NCBI GenBank assembly: GCA_951406725.2
Contig: OX597814.1
Coordinates: forward strand, 110,980,001 to 111,044,000
DNA length: 64,000 nt
Direction of reading: 5' to 3'
Source: Octopus vulgaris
Taxonomy: Eukaryota
Made by a program: the position numbers and the translations under genes. Positions within the stretch are counted from its first letter, which is position 1, and each line of letters begins with the position of its first letter. Below the pieces are notes generated by a model. The model saw nothing but the letters and a program-made list of their open reading frames with translations, did no database searches and had not been told where the DNA came from. This document shows positions 1-13,850 of this stretch, piece after piece.

Positions 1-335
1 AGAAAGAACAACAGACATTGGTTTTTATTTCACTGACTACATAGCTTCATTTAGATTAGAGCAGATTTATTTCTTGTACTTGCTAAAAGGGAAAAAAAAT
101 GACTTGTTGAAGTTTATTGATAATCTCTTAGCAAAATACAGCAGCAGAAAATCTGGACGTGTGTCATACAATAAAAGTTTCATGTTACAGATCATCTTAA
201 AAGACGAAATAGAATTAGATCTCAATGTAGATTGTTTGCCTCTAGAAATGAACTAAATAATGCTATAAAACTAAAGCTTCCTCATTGGCTCTTGTCTTTG
301 ACCACTTCTTTTGATAACTCTTCAAATAAATTATA

Positions 336-1241
336 TATGTGGTCTGATCAATAAGTATCTGGACTGTTGCTATAGTAACGAAGCTAAAGCATGCAGAGTA
401 AAGCTGTTTGGCACACATTGACCTTGAACTCTACTGTGCATGTGCTGCAAGTTTTAACATTCTAGCCCACTTCCGCTGTTTACAGCAGTGCTTGGAAGAT
501 GTGTAACGTGTGATTGTAGCGTTGACTATGACAGAGAAAGTTGAGCAGAGAATCTGCATTAAATTTTGCTAAATTTTGCTTGGCAATACCTGCACAGAGG
601 CCTATGCAAAGTTTTCAAAAAGTTTTCATCATTCTCAACACAATCAAGGAGATCTTGTGCAACTAAAACCAAAGAGTGTCTTTCTGGTTAGCTGAAAGCA
701 GTTTTGGCACAACCTTGGCAGACACATGTCTCATACCCAAAACTTCAGTGATAACAGACTGGACTGAATTGAACTGTAGCTAATCTGCGCATCCTCTGAT
801 AACTCACGGATGGTGATTCAACGATTTCCTCTCACAGCTGCATGCACACCTGCAATGTTTTTCTGAGTTCTGCTGGTTGTAGATCTCCCAGAACATTCAT
901 CAATATCAACATTTGTTTCAGCTATGTTGGAAACATCTGAACCACTCGTCACACTTGTGTGCAGCTCATATACTCCTTTCTATACACTTTCTGCAACTTT
1001 GTGTAGGCCTCTGAGCAGGTATTGTTATGACATCTTTCTCTGTCATGGTCAATGCGCCGATCACATGCTATACACCTTCCTTCCAAGCACTACTGTAAAC
1101 AGCAGAGGTGAGCTAGAATGTTAAAACTTAGCATGCACAGCAGAATTCAAGGTCAATTTTTACCAAGCAGCTTCACTGTGTGCTTTAGCATTGTTACTAT
1201 AGAAGCAGTCCAGATACTTATTATTGATCAGACCTCTTCTA
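336..1241 (-). mobile_element. Non-autonomous mariner derivative with two 5' ends (foldback) and a degraded transposase N-terminus
   Basis: Long inverted arms (ggtctgatcaataagtatctggactg... / ...cagtccagatactta.ttgatcagacc). Minus-strand remnants EAYTKLQKVY, EWFRCF, DECSGRSTTSRT, ITIRELSED, LGMRHVSAKVVPKLLS. The left arm carries MTEKVEQRICIKF on plus. Confidence 0.85.
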
Positions 1242-1261
1242 TGCATACAAATGCAGGGAAG

Positions 1262-1418
1262 CAGGGCTGCATGGTTAGGAAATTTGCTTCACAACCACAT
1301 GGTTTTGGTTTCAGTTCCACAACATGGCACCTTAAGCAAGTGATTTCCACTATAGCAATGGGTCAATCAAAGCATTGTGGACAGATGTGGTAGAGTGAAA
1401 CTGAAAGAAGCCTGTCAT
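1262..1418 (+). mobile_element. tRNA-derived SINE type A, 5' fragment
   Basis: Degraded match to the head shared with 46721-47115. Confidence 0.7.
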
Positions 1419-1419
1419 T

Positions 1420-1750
1420 ACCATCATCAACATCATTTAACGTCCGTTGTCCATGCTAGCATTGGTTGGACGGTTTGACCAGGGCTGGCAAGCCGGAAAG
1501 CTGTACCAGACACTAGTCTGATTTGGCATGGTTTCTATGTCTCAATGCTCTTCCTAACACCAACCACTCAGAGTGTAGTAGGTGGTTTTATGTGCCACTG
1601 GCATGGGTACCATTTGCATGACACCAGTATCTGCCATGACTATGATTTCACTTGACTTGATGGATCTTCTCAAGCACAGCATATTGCCAAAGCTCTCGGC
1701 CATTTGTCATTGCCTCTATGAGGCTCAACCCTTGAAAGGTGCTTTTCACA
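1420..1750 (-). mobile_element. RTE LINE 3' end fragment
   Basis: (CAT)n tail then tttaacgtccg..ccatgctagc, reverse complement of the 3' UTR at 53270-53668. Confidence 0.8.
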
Positions 1751-3853
1751 ATGCACACACGCACATACACACATCATCATCATCATCATAATAAATGATG
1801 AGGATAATACATGTCTGTGCGTGTGAATAGATGTTTGCCTCCCTGTCTTAACATTGCATGATCATTGTAAATGAATGTCCTTCATTTCCAATATTCTGCA
1901 AAAACATGTCTGGCCTTGGGAAAATATTACTTTGCTTGGAAACTGGTAGGGGTTAATGACAGTAGAAAATCTGTCTCAGTAAAACTGTCCAACCCATGTA
2001 ATCATAGAAAAATGAATGTTATGAGTGTGCATGTGTGTGCGTGTGCATGCATGCGTGAACACACACACACCAGCTGGTTATGTAGTCAAGAAGTTTGCTT
2101 CTCAGTTACACGGTTTCGGGTTCAGTCCCACCATACAGCACCTTGGGTGAGTGGCTTCTATTATAGCCAACAAAAGCCTGGGTGGATTTGTTAGATGTAA
2201 AGTGAAAGAAACCCATTGTGTGTGTGTGTGTCAATGTGTATATACACACATATATACACACAATGACTTACATATTTAGACTTTCTGAATTTGAATCCTA
2301 CCATGGCCAACTTTGCCTTTCTTCCTTGGGTGTTGATAAAAGGAAATACCAATTAAGTTCTAGGTTTGATTGTTTGACTAATCCCCTCTCCTAAAAATTA
2401 CTGAATCTATTCTAAAATTAGAAAGAATAATTAAGGGAATTTCCACCCCCAACAACTTATCTTGTGTTGCAAACTAAAATATAGCTGTTTTTCTTAAGCT
2501 TAACTTGTTACCATTTCTCTGACACATGGATGCAATTTTCTATGAATGTAATATATAAAAGCAATAAGAGAGGTCTTTGATCCCCACATATCAATCACAA
2601 ATCCATACCCTAGCACTAAAATCAGATTATGTATATCTCAACTTCTAGATTTCTACTCCAGAAGTTGTAGATATACAACTTCTATTTCTAGTTCTATTCC
2701 ATATTTTGATAGTATTCATTAACATAGAAATGGTTGTAAACATACTGAAATGAAACAAGGCCATTTGTTATCATTATCAAGTCATCCATGTATTTCATTT
2801 ATATATTTGTTTAAGGATGTTTCCTTCTCTGACATTAATATTAAACAATCACTTGTCTTTACTTGCAAACTAAAACTTTTTTCTTCAGCTAAAATCTTTG
2901 ACATGTCTGTAACAAGTGCTAACATTAAGTTGATAATACTGTGTGTGTGTGTGTGTGTGTAAATACATCATAAAGCAATTAAAGAGGTCAGACAAAAATA
3001 GGACAGTGAGGTGCAACTGCAACAAGAAAACACACATGGACAGTATGTCTAATCAACTTTTATTGACCAGAATGGATGGAGGAGTAAATATGTCAATATA
3101 GGTTAATTTGTACATCATGCTCTGTGTATCTTTTGGGCAGAGATGATTATAGAGTAAAAAAGAGAAAAATCACAAAACTGATGAATAAGCAGAATCCAGT
3201 ATTTTTTAACCTCCACTACATTTCCATGTATTTAACTTTCTGTCAGTTCAATGCTTTTTGATAAATGTTATTTAGCAGGAAACAGGTGAGAAAGAAAGAG
3301 GGAAGCTGAAAAGAGGCACACACAGTACATTTGTGGCCTATAAAAGCTGGTTGCAACTGAAATTTTATGACAGGTTTATAAGAAATAAAACTGATAATAG
3401 ACTAAAGTAGACTTTTATGGTTTGATATTAAATATCAAGGATATTATTTCAGACTTAACTGGTTAGTCAAAGCAGTGCAAAGAAATTTATTTTTACAAAT
3501 AATATCACAGAAAAGAAAGCTGTCATCTTAAGATGTATTTATGATTAAGAATACATCTCTTGCTTTTGGAAGTGTTGTTACAGTTGACATAAACATTTGG
3601 AAATAATTTAGACTATATTATACCCAGGAAAACTACATCCAGTACACCTGGTTGTAATCATCAGGAAATGACCATTCTTCTAAAAGTGTAACGGTTCCAA
3701 TTCAGTGGTTTGATTTTAGAGTTTCTAGTGCAATATTATAGTTATATATTAATAGTCATACATTAAATTGTTCTTAGTTTTTAAAACAGAAAAGTAAAAA
3801 AACAAAAGAATCATAAATATTAAAGTTATTTAAATATCACATAAAAATTTTAC

Positions 3854-4245
3854 AGGTGTGGCCATGTGGTAAGAAGTTTGCTTTCCAATCACATGGTTTT
3901 GGGTTCAGTCCCACAACATATCACTTTGGGTAAGCATCTTCTACTATAGCCTCAGGCCAACTAAAGCTTTGTGAGTGGATTTGGTAGAGAGAAACTAAAA
4001 GAAACCCATTGTGTGTGTGTGTGCATTCGTTTCTGTCTGTGTTTGTCACCCCCACCACTGCTTAACAACTGGTGTTGGTGTGTTTATGTTCCCGTAACTT
4101 AATGGTTCAGTAAAAGGAGTCCAAGAGAATAAGTACCAGGTTTAAAAAAAACAGAAAAGTACTGTGGCTGTTTCATTTCACTAAATTTCTTTAAGGCAGT
4201 GCTTCAGCATGGTCATAGTCTAATCACTGAAACAAGTAAAGAAAA
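3854..4245 (+). mobile_element. tRNA-derived SINE type A
   Basis: A-box-like tggccatgtggtaag, B-box-like ggttcagtccc, central (GT)n, tail actgaaacaagtaaaga. Confidence 0.85.
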
Positions 4246-4431
4246 AATAGGGGAAGCATAGACAGCAACAAGAATGTAACTGAAGCGTTATTGAATATAT
4301 TTAATGCAGTGCTCCAGTTTAATGGTGGTGCTCCAGCTTGGCCCCAGTGAAATAACTGAAACAAGTAAAAGAATAAAAGAATATAATTTCAGTTCATCCT
4401 TTTTTTGAAAGGCTACTTAATGTTTACACTT

Positions 4432-4774
4432 TTACTTGTTTCAGTCATTTGACTGCAGCCATGCTGGAGCACTGCCTTAAAGGGTGTTAGTCAAAGAAAT
4501 CGATCCTAGGACTTATTCTTTGTAAGTCTAGTACATATTCTATTGGTCTCTTTTGCCGAACTGCTAAGTTACAGGGATGTAAACACAGACACACTAACAC
4601 ACATACACATGGCAGGCTTCTTTCAGTTTCTGCCTACCAAATCCACTCACAAGGCTTTGGTCAGCCTGAGGCTATAGTAAAAGATACTTGCTGAAGGTGC
4701 CATGCAGTGGGACTGAACCTGGAACCATGTGCTTGATAAGCAAGCTACTTACTACACAGCCACTCCTACGCCTA
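4432..4774 (-). mobile_element. tRNA-derived SINE type A
   Basis: Reverse complement of the type A consensus, inverted relative to the copy at 3854. Confidence 0.85.
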
Positions 4775-5239
4775 TGAGACCTCAAATTTTAAATATATTT
4801 TTCTATTATATCACACAGTATGAAAGGTTCTACAATTATTGAGGCAGGTGTTTTTTTTATATCCTTTGAGCTATGAAGTGTGAATGTTTGAAAAAAATTT
4901 TTTTTTTCAGTGAAGCTTACCAAAGCTGGAAGAATAACATGCCTTGTCTAAAGGACAAAGGATCTGTATCTACAGTTTTTAAACTCACACAGTTTGGGTG
5001 AACAGTCATCAATTTAACCCTTCAGTCAATGCATTGAAAACAATTTCATTGTAAATGCTATACAGACATTAACATCTTTAGACGAGAAAAAAAGTACCTG
5101 TGATATATTGAGTCAAATCACTTGATTATATCTATTCATTAAAAAAAATTATCCAATAATTAATTCTCTTTTAAAATAGATACAAGCTCACTGATTTCAA
5201 ACATTAGTCAATTAGATTCTTCACTGAGATTGTCCCTTG

Positions 5240-5995
5240 ACTGCTACTTATTTTATTACTGCCCTCTCCCACCCCAAGGATGAAAGGCAAAATAAGGAAT
5301 CCAAAGAAATGCTGCAACATATTTTGTACAACATGCAAAACGTTCTGCCAGCTTAATTAGAAGACTAGATTCTAATAATCCTTTCTACTACAGGAACAAG
5401 GCCTGAAATTTGGGAGAGAGGGATAGTTGATTACATCGACCCCAGTACTCAACTGGTACTTATTTTATCGACCTCAAAAGGATGAAAGGTAAAGTCGACC
5501 CCAGCAGTATTTGAACTTAGAACATAAAGACAGGTGAAATGGTGCTAACCATTTAGCCCAGTGTGCTAATGATTCTGCTAGCTCACCACCTTAGACTAGT
5601 TTCTAATAATAATGAATAATTGATCCTAATTTAGACACAAAGCCAACAGTTTTGTGGGAAGGACTTACTCAATATCATTAACCTTTCCTCTGCAGTACTT
5701 GACTGGTACTTTATTTTACTGACCCTGGTAAATGAAAGGCAAAGTAGACCTTGGTAGGATTTGAACCCAGGAAGATAAGGTTTCAAACAATCCTTTCTAC
5801 TGGAGGCACAATGCCTCAAATTTGTAGGGAGGGGACTAGTCAATTACATCAACCTCAGTACTAACTGGTACTTAATTTATTAACCCCACCTCGAAAGGAT
5901 GAAAGACCAATTCAAACTCAGAATGTAAAGATAGAAAAATACTGCTAAGCATTTTGCCCAGTGTGCTAACGATTCTGCCAGCTCACCACCTTAAT
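5240..5995 (-). mobile_element. Cluster of about four SINE type B copies or fragments
   Basis: Repeated ctggtacttattttatcgacc...aaaggatgaaaggcaaagtcgacc core, and head ttctgccagctcaccacctt. Confidence 0.8.
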
Positions 5996-8016
5996 AATAA
6001 TAATAATTGTTTCTAAATAATAAGAATTCTGATAGTAGTGACAGCAACATAAATAGGTAATTAAAGAAAGAGACATTTTTGTCATCATAAAAAACAAAAA
6101 TATTTTTTAGAGAGCTGCCCCTATTCTGTAGGCCAATGAATAATAAGGTTTTACAAGTAGTTTATTGCAAGCTGGCAACCTGTGGTATGGAAAAATCTGT
6201 GTGATATATCTGTCATTTGGAAAGAAAACAAACAGTAAACCTGAGCACAGTGACAACAGGTCAAAGAAACTAGCAACAGTATCATACCTACATGAAATCA
6301 CAAGAAAATCAAGTACCAGGTGTTTTATTTGGAATATGTTCAGGAATAGAGGGCTGTGAAAGTAGGTCAATGATACATAACACACCATCTGCTAGAACCT
6401 GTATGTGTCTGAGCCAACAAGGAAGCCACTACATGGTCACTTCACCTGCTAGAAATAATAGCTAAATCTCATTGCCTTAAAAAATCAGGATGGGCACATT
6501 GAATAATGTAATTCTTGATAGGCTGGAATGGCTTTGGTCATAGGTCTACTCAATCTGTGGCTAACAACAAACTATGTGAAGATATTTCTACATAGTTACT
6601 TGACCTGCTTAAATTGTAGCCAAATATTCCTCAAATCACATGCCCACTGTCTTAAAAAAAGACATAATCCCATATCTCTAAAATATCTGACATAATCCCT
6701 TATCTCTAAAAAGGCAGGATTGTCAAGGCTGGAATGTCTGATTATGGATAGGTCTGCTCAGAGATGACCTAGGCATAGACAAGATGTATATTTATGTACA
6801 CATGTATACGTACATGTGAGAGCAAAATTTAAATATTGTTAAACCACCTGCATTTCATAGTTTAATTTATTTTACAAATATAACAGATTTCTTAAAATAC
6901 TAATAAAACTGAATAAAGAATTGATAGATGTCTCAGAAACTAAAGACAAGGAAAGATTTTTCACATTATACAATAATGTGAAATGAAAATGTGTTTAAAT
7001 ACAGGAAATATTGAGTTCTATCCCGGTGAGAGAGATTCTAAGACCACATTCACAAGGAAGTCACTTATTTAGATTCAAGCAGCAGTCATTTGGAAATAAT
7101 ATGGACAGGTTTAATTGAAATGGGAAATTGCAATTATATTGCACAGAATAACAGTAAAGACAAATATTGCCTTTTGTGAATGTTACATTGTAATGGAAGT
7201 AGATAAGTGAAGGTAATTAAAATATTGAGATGCACCTGAGTGTTGTAGTGCACTTGAGCACTGTATACAATAAATTCATTATTATTACTATTTGAAAGTT
7301 AACATAAATGGATAAGGAGTAAAAGTTTCAAAAATAATATGTAATAAACAAGATATGTAATAAAAATTCTGTAACATTTATACTTCATGTAAATTTGCAG
7401 ATATTTTTACTTTCAACCACCTACTTATTTTATTATTTTTTTAATATATACAACAGCTACATGTTATCAGTTACAAATAAGTTGTCATTAATTTGGTTAA
7501 CTGAATAGAAAAATCTGATTTTTCAATGTGTCATTGACATGACTTAAACCTTTTGTCTCAGATTAGCAATCCATAGGGAAAGAGTTTCTGATCTTTTGAA
7601 AAGATTAAATATACAGATTGGTGGAGATCCTTTATCGTATCTGTTTAATGTTTCCTGACTAGAATGAGTAAAGGAGCAACTTTATAAGTAGGACTGCCTC
7701 TAGGGTTGCTAGGATGGTGAGCAAGCTGAATTTTGGTGTCCTTACAAATATGATTTTTATAAAAATGTCCACACGAAGAAAAATATGCAAATGTAAGAAT
7801 AATAACTTTGTTTAAAGTAAACAAATGTATATCGTTGCTATTATGTTAAACTGTCATATGTCCAAATTTGGCCAAATGCGTTTTATCAATATTTAATTTT
7901 GCTTGCAATAGCTGGTTCTTTTGGTCAAACTATCGTATCTCCAGCTGCTACAGATGAGAATTGTCAAAGTATAGTATAACAGTTTAGCATTTTTCAAAAG
8001 TGTAGTAAGTAACAAA

Positions 8017-8480
8017 TCATCATCATCATCATCATCATTTGACGTCCTTTTTCCATGCTGGCATGGGTTGGACGATTCAATTGGGGTCTGGGAAGCCAGG
8101 AGGCTGCACCAGGCTCCAGTCTGATCTGGCAGAGTTTCTACAGCTCGATGCTCTTCCTAGCGTCAACCACTCCGAGAGTGTAGTGGATGCTTTTTACGTG
8201 CCACCCGCACAGGAGCTAGAGGAGTTTGGCAACAACCACTATCGGTTGGTGCTTTTTATGTGCCACCGGCACAGAAGCCAGTCAAGGTGGCACTGGCATC
8301 GGCCACATTCAGATGGTGCTTTTTACGTGCCACCAGCATGGGGATCACAAATACAATTTCTATTTGATTTTGATGTACTCGACTCAGTAGGTCTCCTCAA
8401 GCACAGCATGTCACCCTATGATCCAAGGTACTTTTGAGTGGACTGAGGCAGGTTATGTGACACTGGTGTAGGTTTCAGCC
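8017..8480 (-). mobile_element. RTE LINE 3' end fragment
   Basis: (CAT)n tail plus 3' UTR with internal repeat units. Confidence 0.85.
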
Positions 8481-8871
8481 TCAACTCACTTTATTCACTT
8501 TATCTCAAGGAATATTCACATTTTGTTTTTATTTCATCTTATTTCTTACTTTCACATTTTCTCCCTTTATATTTGGAAGGTCTCAAACACATGACATGTC
8601 ACTCACAAGAGTATGGTGACCAAGGTGATTGCTTGAGTTACCAATATCTTCAAGTTGGCTCTGTTTAACAAGCTTCAATTTAATGTTTATAAAAGCCTTG
8701 GTGGAAAATATTCTGTCAGGAATCATTTTCTTGCAGGTATGATTCAATAAATACAACTATCAAAATATACAATGCATTTGGATGGGAGTTAGTATTATGT
8801 CATTTTGAATTTGTAAATGAATATCAATCATTGTGTTATGTCTATTTTTCCATGCTATAAAAGGGTTAGAT

Positions 8872-9332
8872 CAGGGGTCACCAAACTTTTTGACTATTGA
8901 CCCCCTTTAGCCACTTCTCCTTCTGCATCGACCACCCTCCTTATTTAAAATATCTTAATACACCACCCTACCATACCATATCTTAAATGTGTACTGGGTA
9001 CTGATGCTGGCAATTAAAATGTTAGCTAAAATATACATGTATTGAAGATGACACACTTTTTACATTCAAAACTATGTGTATGACTATACAGTATTAAACT
9101 GTCAATTTTTATGAAATTGTTTTCACAGTTAGAAAATGTGAAAAACATATCATATTGCTGGAATATCTTTTATTGAAATTGACAAAATCAATGTGAGGGG
9201 TGGGCATGGCACTGATTAAGTATTTCAAGTAGTTCACCTGGGTGAGTTGGTCTTTCACACACTGTCCCCCATTTGATCCCTTGGCTATCCTCGATCCCAT
9301 TTCATTCTTCGGACCCCCTTTGGCGATCCCTG
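8872..9332. mobile_element. hAT-type MITE
   Basis: TIRs caggggtcaccaaa / tttggcgatccctg; 8-bp TSD ggttagat / ggtgagat. Confidence 0.8.
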
Positions 9333-9679
9333 GGTGAGATGGAAAAACTGTGGATGCCCTTCCTGTTGCTAATTCTAACCTGTTTTTCAAGTAAGGGATC
9401 TCTTATTCCATGTCTTGAAAAGTGCAGAACCAAGGGAAGATTTTTTTTTGACAGGATAAATAACATCACTATTTATAGCACAGTTTTTCTGGGGGAGGGG
9501 GAAAGAAGCACAAATGTGGAGAAACACAGACATATATGCATGGACCATGCACACATGACTGGCTTCTTTCAGTTTCCATCTACCAAATCTATTCTAAAGG
9601 TTCTGGTTGACCAAAGGTTATAGCAGAAGACACTTGTCCAGGGTGCCACATAGTAGATGTGATCCCCAAACCACATTCT

Positions 9680-9878
9680 TTTATTCGTTTGTTTCAGTCA
9701 TTTGACTGTGGTCATGCTGGAGCACAGCTTTTAGTTGAGCAAATCGACCCCAGGACTTATTCTTCATAAGCCTAATACTTATTCTATCAGTCTCTCTTGC
9801 CGAACTGCTAAGTGATGGGAACGTACACACACAGACTCTTTCAAAAGATCAAAAAAGCGATGTTGGAAGGACAAATAC

Positions 9879-9949
<71 letters not shown>

Positions 9950-10110
9950 ACAGGCTTCTTTCAGTTTCTATCTACCAAATCCAGTCACAAGGCTTTGGTC
10001 AGCTTGAGGCTATAGTAAAAGACACTTGCCCAAGGTTCCACACAGTGGGACTGAACCCAGAACCATGTGGTTTGCAAGAAAGCTACTTATCACACAGCCA
10101 CTCCTGCACT
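9680..10110 (-). mobile_element. SINE type A with internal (TA)n at about 9895-9946
   Basis: Full head and tail match on the minus strand. Confidence 0.85.
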
Positions 10111-11804
10111 TCCCTATAATGGTAACAGACATACTTAAGCTGATTTTTTAGTATATTAACCGTTTGTTTTTCATTAATGTTAATTATTACTTCTATAAAT
10201 CAACAGAAGATACAAAACTAGAATTATCATTTAATGTCTTGGGATTTGCATTTAGTTTATTAAACTAATAAAAGTCTTTTTTATTTTAGCAAAATCATTT
10301 TATTGCTGCCTGTGTTTATTTTACTTAAACTATATAGTAAAAGAACTAAGATAATAATAAATGGCTTTTGAACACATTAACAAGACTCAAAAGTGGATGT
10401 CTAAAGATCTAAGACAACACTACTGTATGCAGGGGGCATATAAACTTAAGATTCATCATCATCATAATTTAATACCAATGTTCCATGCTGGATGGTCTGA
10501 CAGGATCCACTGTATCCAAGGACTGCATCAAGCTCCATTGACATGGTTTTCATGACTGGATGCCCTTCCTAACACCAAACACTTTTTTCAGTACAGGCTG
10601 GGTGCTTTTTTTCATGCCACCTGCATTATTGAAGTTTGCAGGACTATGAGCTCTGGGGGAGGTGAGGGAGCAGCTTCCTGCTAGACAAGGAGATTCCTAT
10701 GAAAGGTGGGCAGAGCAGGTTCCTGCAGAGGGATTTGCAGGGCTATTATTATTGATGAAAATTCGAATGTCTCCTAAACATTTCTATAGCAAATTTGAAC
10801 CAACTCACAAATTCATAATTTTCATTTCATTTACCTCAATTCAATGAGCAAAAACCATCAAATAATTAACTCAGAAAAGATTTCTTCTATATCTTATTTT
10901 AATTAGATACTTTTCTCTCACAGTTAATGAAGAATTGTGAAAGACAAACAATTGGTTTAGCTTGTAACAGCATCGTGTATTTATTAATTCAACAATGAAT
11001 TAGTCAACAGGTTGGGCTAAATTTGTAGAACAAGCTATCATACAGGTTTTTCTTTTTCTTCTTTTATGCAAGAGCTCATGGATAAACTAAGAGTTGCTAC
11101 AGTAACAACTATTCAGAGGACTAACAGATTGGAAATGAACAGAAATAACAGATCAATGAGCAGGAAATACCTTTTGGACAATTATAAATAAACTGTTTCT
11201 CCCGCCATGCGACTACCAAAATATTTTAAAATATAATATGGATTATAGTATGAAGATGTTTTAATCTGAAGTAGAATGCATATAAAAATTATTACACATC
11301 ACTAAAAATGTGTTACTGATGATTTACATTATTTTAAAAATTATCTTATTTTATACTAAGATGTTTGTTATATAAAGTTAATGTCCTTTGCCCAGTTTTC
11401 TTTGAGGAATAGATCATATATATGGACATTCTGTGGAATGTTATGTTGTACATTAGATATATTACTAAAATCATCTAAAACATTCTCATTATTATTAAAA
11501 ATCATTAAACATTATGTATTTCTGAATGACAGTATGTGTTAGATTGTTGGATCTACAAGTAACAGTGACGAAGTTGCATAAACAAGTTGAAATAGTTCCT
11601 ATTTTTAGCTAAGTTAACTGAAGCAGAGAATAATGTCTTGTTTAAGAAGCAAGTACAATGGTATCATTAACGGCAGAGTTTGATACTGAAACAGTACCAA
11701 CTGTACAATGGTCTAATGAAATTGTCAACTGGAAAACAAGTTTTGCTAAATGTTACAAATATTGTATTTTATAAAGGGCAAAGAACCTCAATCTTAAGAT
11801 ATAT

Positions 11805-12018
11805 TCTTTTTTACTCTGGGAACAAGGCCTGAAATTTTGGGGGAGGAGACCAGTCAATTAGATCGACCCCAGTATGCAACTGGTATTTAATTTATTGGCC
11901 CCGAAAGGCTGAACAGAAAAGTCAACCTCGGCGGAATTTGAACTCAGAACATAAAGACAGACGAAATATCACTAAGCATTTCACCCGGTGTGCTAACGTT
12001 TCTGCCAGCTTGCCACCT
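11805..12018 (-). mobile_element. SINE type B with TSD
   Basis: Head aggtggcaagctggcagaaacgttagcac on minus; TSD atcttaagatat / atcttatgatat. Confidence 0.85.
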
Positions 12019-12100
12019 ATCTTATGATATATTGCAACCTATTCATTTCTCTGCTAAGTTCCAAAGTAGGTCAATTAGTTGAAAACTACCTCCTAATTGT

Positions 12101-12415
12101 GAAGGCGCATGGCTTAGTGGTTAGGGCATTCGGCTCACAATTGTAAGATTGTGAGTTCGATTCCTGGCGATGCATTGTGTCCTTGAGCAAGACACTTTAT
12201 TTCACATTGCTCCAGTCCACTCAGCTGGCAAAACTGAGTTATTTCAAAGGGCTGGCCATGTCACACTTTTTGTCACACTGAATCTCCCTGAGACCTACGT
12301 TAGGGGTACATGTGTATGTGGATTGTTCAGTCACTTGCACGTTAATTTCATAAGCAGGCTGTTCCGTTGATCATATCAGCTGGGACCCTCATCATCGTAA
12401 CCGACAGAGTACTCC
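12101..12415 (+). mobile_element. tRNA-derived CORE-type SINE (type C)
   Basis: A box tggcttagtgg, B box gagttcgattcc, CORE-like tgtgtccttgagcaagacactt...cactcagctg; TSD tacctcctaatt / taccttctaatt. Confidence 0.8.
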
Positions 12416-13415
12416 TATTTACCTTCTAATTACAATATAACCATTCACTACTATGCTTGGCAACAAAATATGTTCCTTATCCATCCATCCCATTTATGGA
12501 AGCAACTTCTCCCCCATCTATATTCCTTTTTTTCTTGAGAAATAAACAAATGTGAAATAGAGAAACAGGCATGTCTATTGTTGAATAATATTTCATATCA
12601 AACTGCACTATCATAACCCTAGCATACCTGCTCATGTCCTCCACTAGAGCACAACAACAAGCAGAAACTAACAAAATGGCATGGTGTCTTAAAAAAGCAG
12701 ATCAAATTATTGTAAGTTTATTGATTTATGTTTGTTTTCAAAGACTTACAGTTGCCTTTAAGTAAATGATAATTCAATTAAAAAGAATCAACACACAAAC
12801 ACACACACACACACACACACACAGAGTCAACCAAAGGCCACAAAAGAGTCTAACTTTAAGAAATTTGTTTTAATTACATTTTGAAATTTTATTTGTAATT
12901 TACAAGATGTGATTTTTGTCATACCTAATGTACATATATTTCCTATAGATAGGTATATCTACAGTATATGGGGTATATTCTGAGTCTTTCTTTAGTAGAG
13001 GACTTTTCTACAATAGTGAATGCGAAGTTTCTCACGGAGATGATGAAGTTTGATCTACTTTTAATATACAAAGGTTCAATGTTCATTTACTTGAATCCTT
13101 GACATATGCAAATCATCTTTCAAATGTCTTCTACTATATCTTAATCATCAGAATATTTTGGTCCTGGTCACATTGTCCTAACACTGCAGTTTGTTAAGAA
13201 CAAGACTAGAAGCCTGTTTTTATGCTTCCTTAGCATATTTATTCTGATCTTCTTGTTGAAAAATCTTAAAAAGCTCTACACACTTGACAAAGTAAATAAA
13301 CTGAGAAGGATCAGTGTTTTCACTGTAACTTAAGAGTGGAGGTACTCAATAGAAATTATGACTTTGCATTTCACTGGTCATGGTGGCTTTTCCTTTCTAA
13401 CTGCGAGCTACTGTT

Positions 13416-13850
13416 CATCATCATCATCATTTAGCGTCCGCTTTCCATGCTAGCATGGGTTGGCTGGTTCAACTGGGGTCTGTGAAGCCAGAAGGCTGCA
13501 TCAGGCCCAGTCTGATCTGGCAGTGTTTCTACAGCTGGATGCCCTTCCTAACGCCAACCACTCCATGAGTGTAGTGGGTGCTTTTTACGTGCCACCCGCA
13601 CAGGTGCCAGATGGAGCTGGCAACGGCCACGATCAGATGGTGCTTTTACGTGCCACCGGCACGGGGGCCAGGCGAGGCTGGCAACGGACACAAACGGGTG
13701 GTGCTATTACGTGCCACCGGTACGGAGGCCAGTTGGGGCGGCACTGGCAACAGCCACGATCGAATGGTTTGCTTACTTGTCACCGGCACTGGTACCACAG
13801 CTGCAATTTCCATTGATGTTGATCGACTTCGATTTTGGTTCTGCTTTCTG
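13416..13850 (-). mobile_element. RTE LINE 3' end with several internal repeat units
   Basis: (CAT)n tail; repeated gcttttacgtgccaccggcac units. Confidence 0.85.

Noticed and set aside
4941-4960. Minus-strand FRQG resembling the next TTC28 exon
   Set aside because: Context is LSFRQGMLFFQLW followed by a stop, so a chance match.
8039-8437. Recurring peptide QSDLAEFLQLDALP..NHSESVV, also at 13460, 24231 and 44253
   Set aside because: Antisense reading of the RTE 3' UTR, not a gene family.
12101-12170. Functional tRNA gene
   Set aside because: It is the head of a CORE-type SINE with a TSD and lacks an intact cloverleaf.
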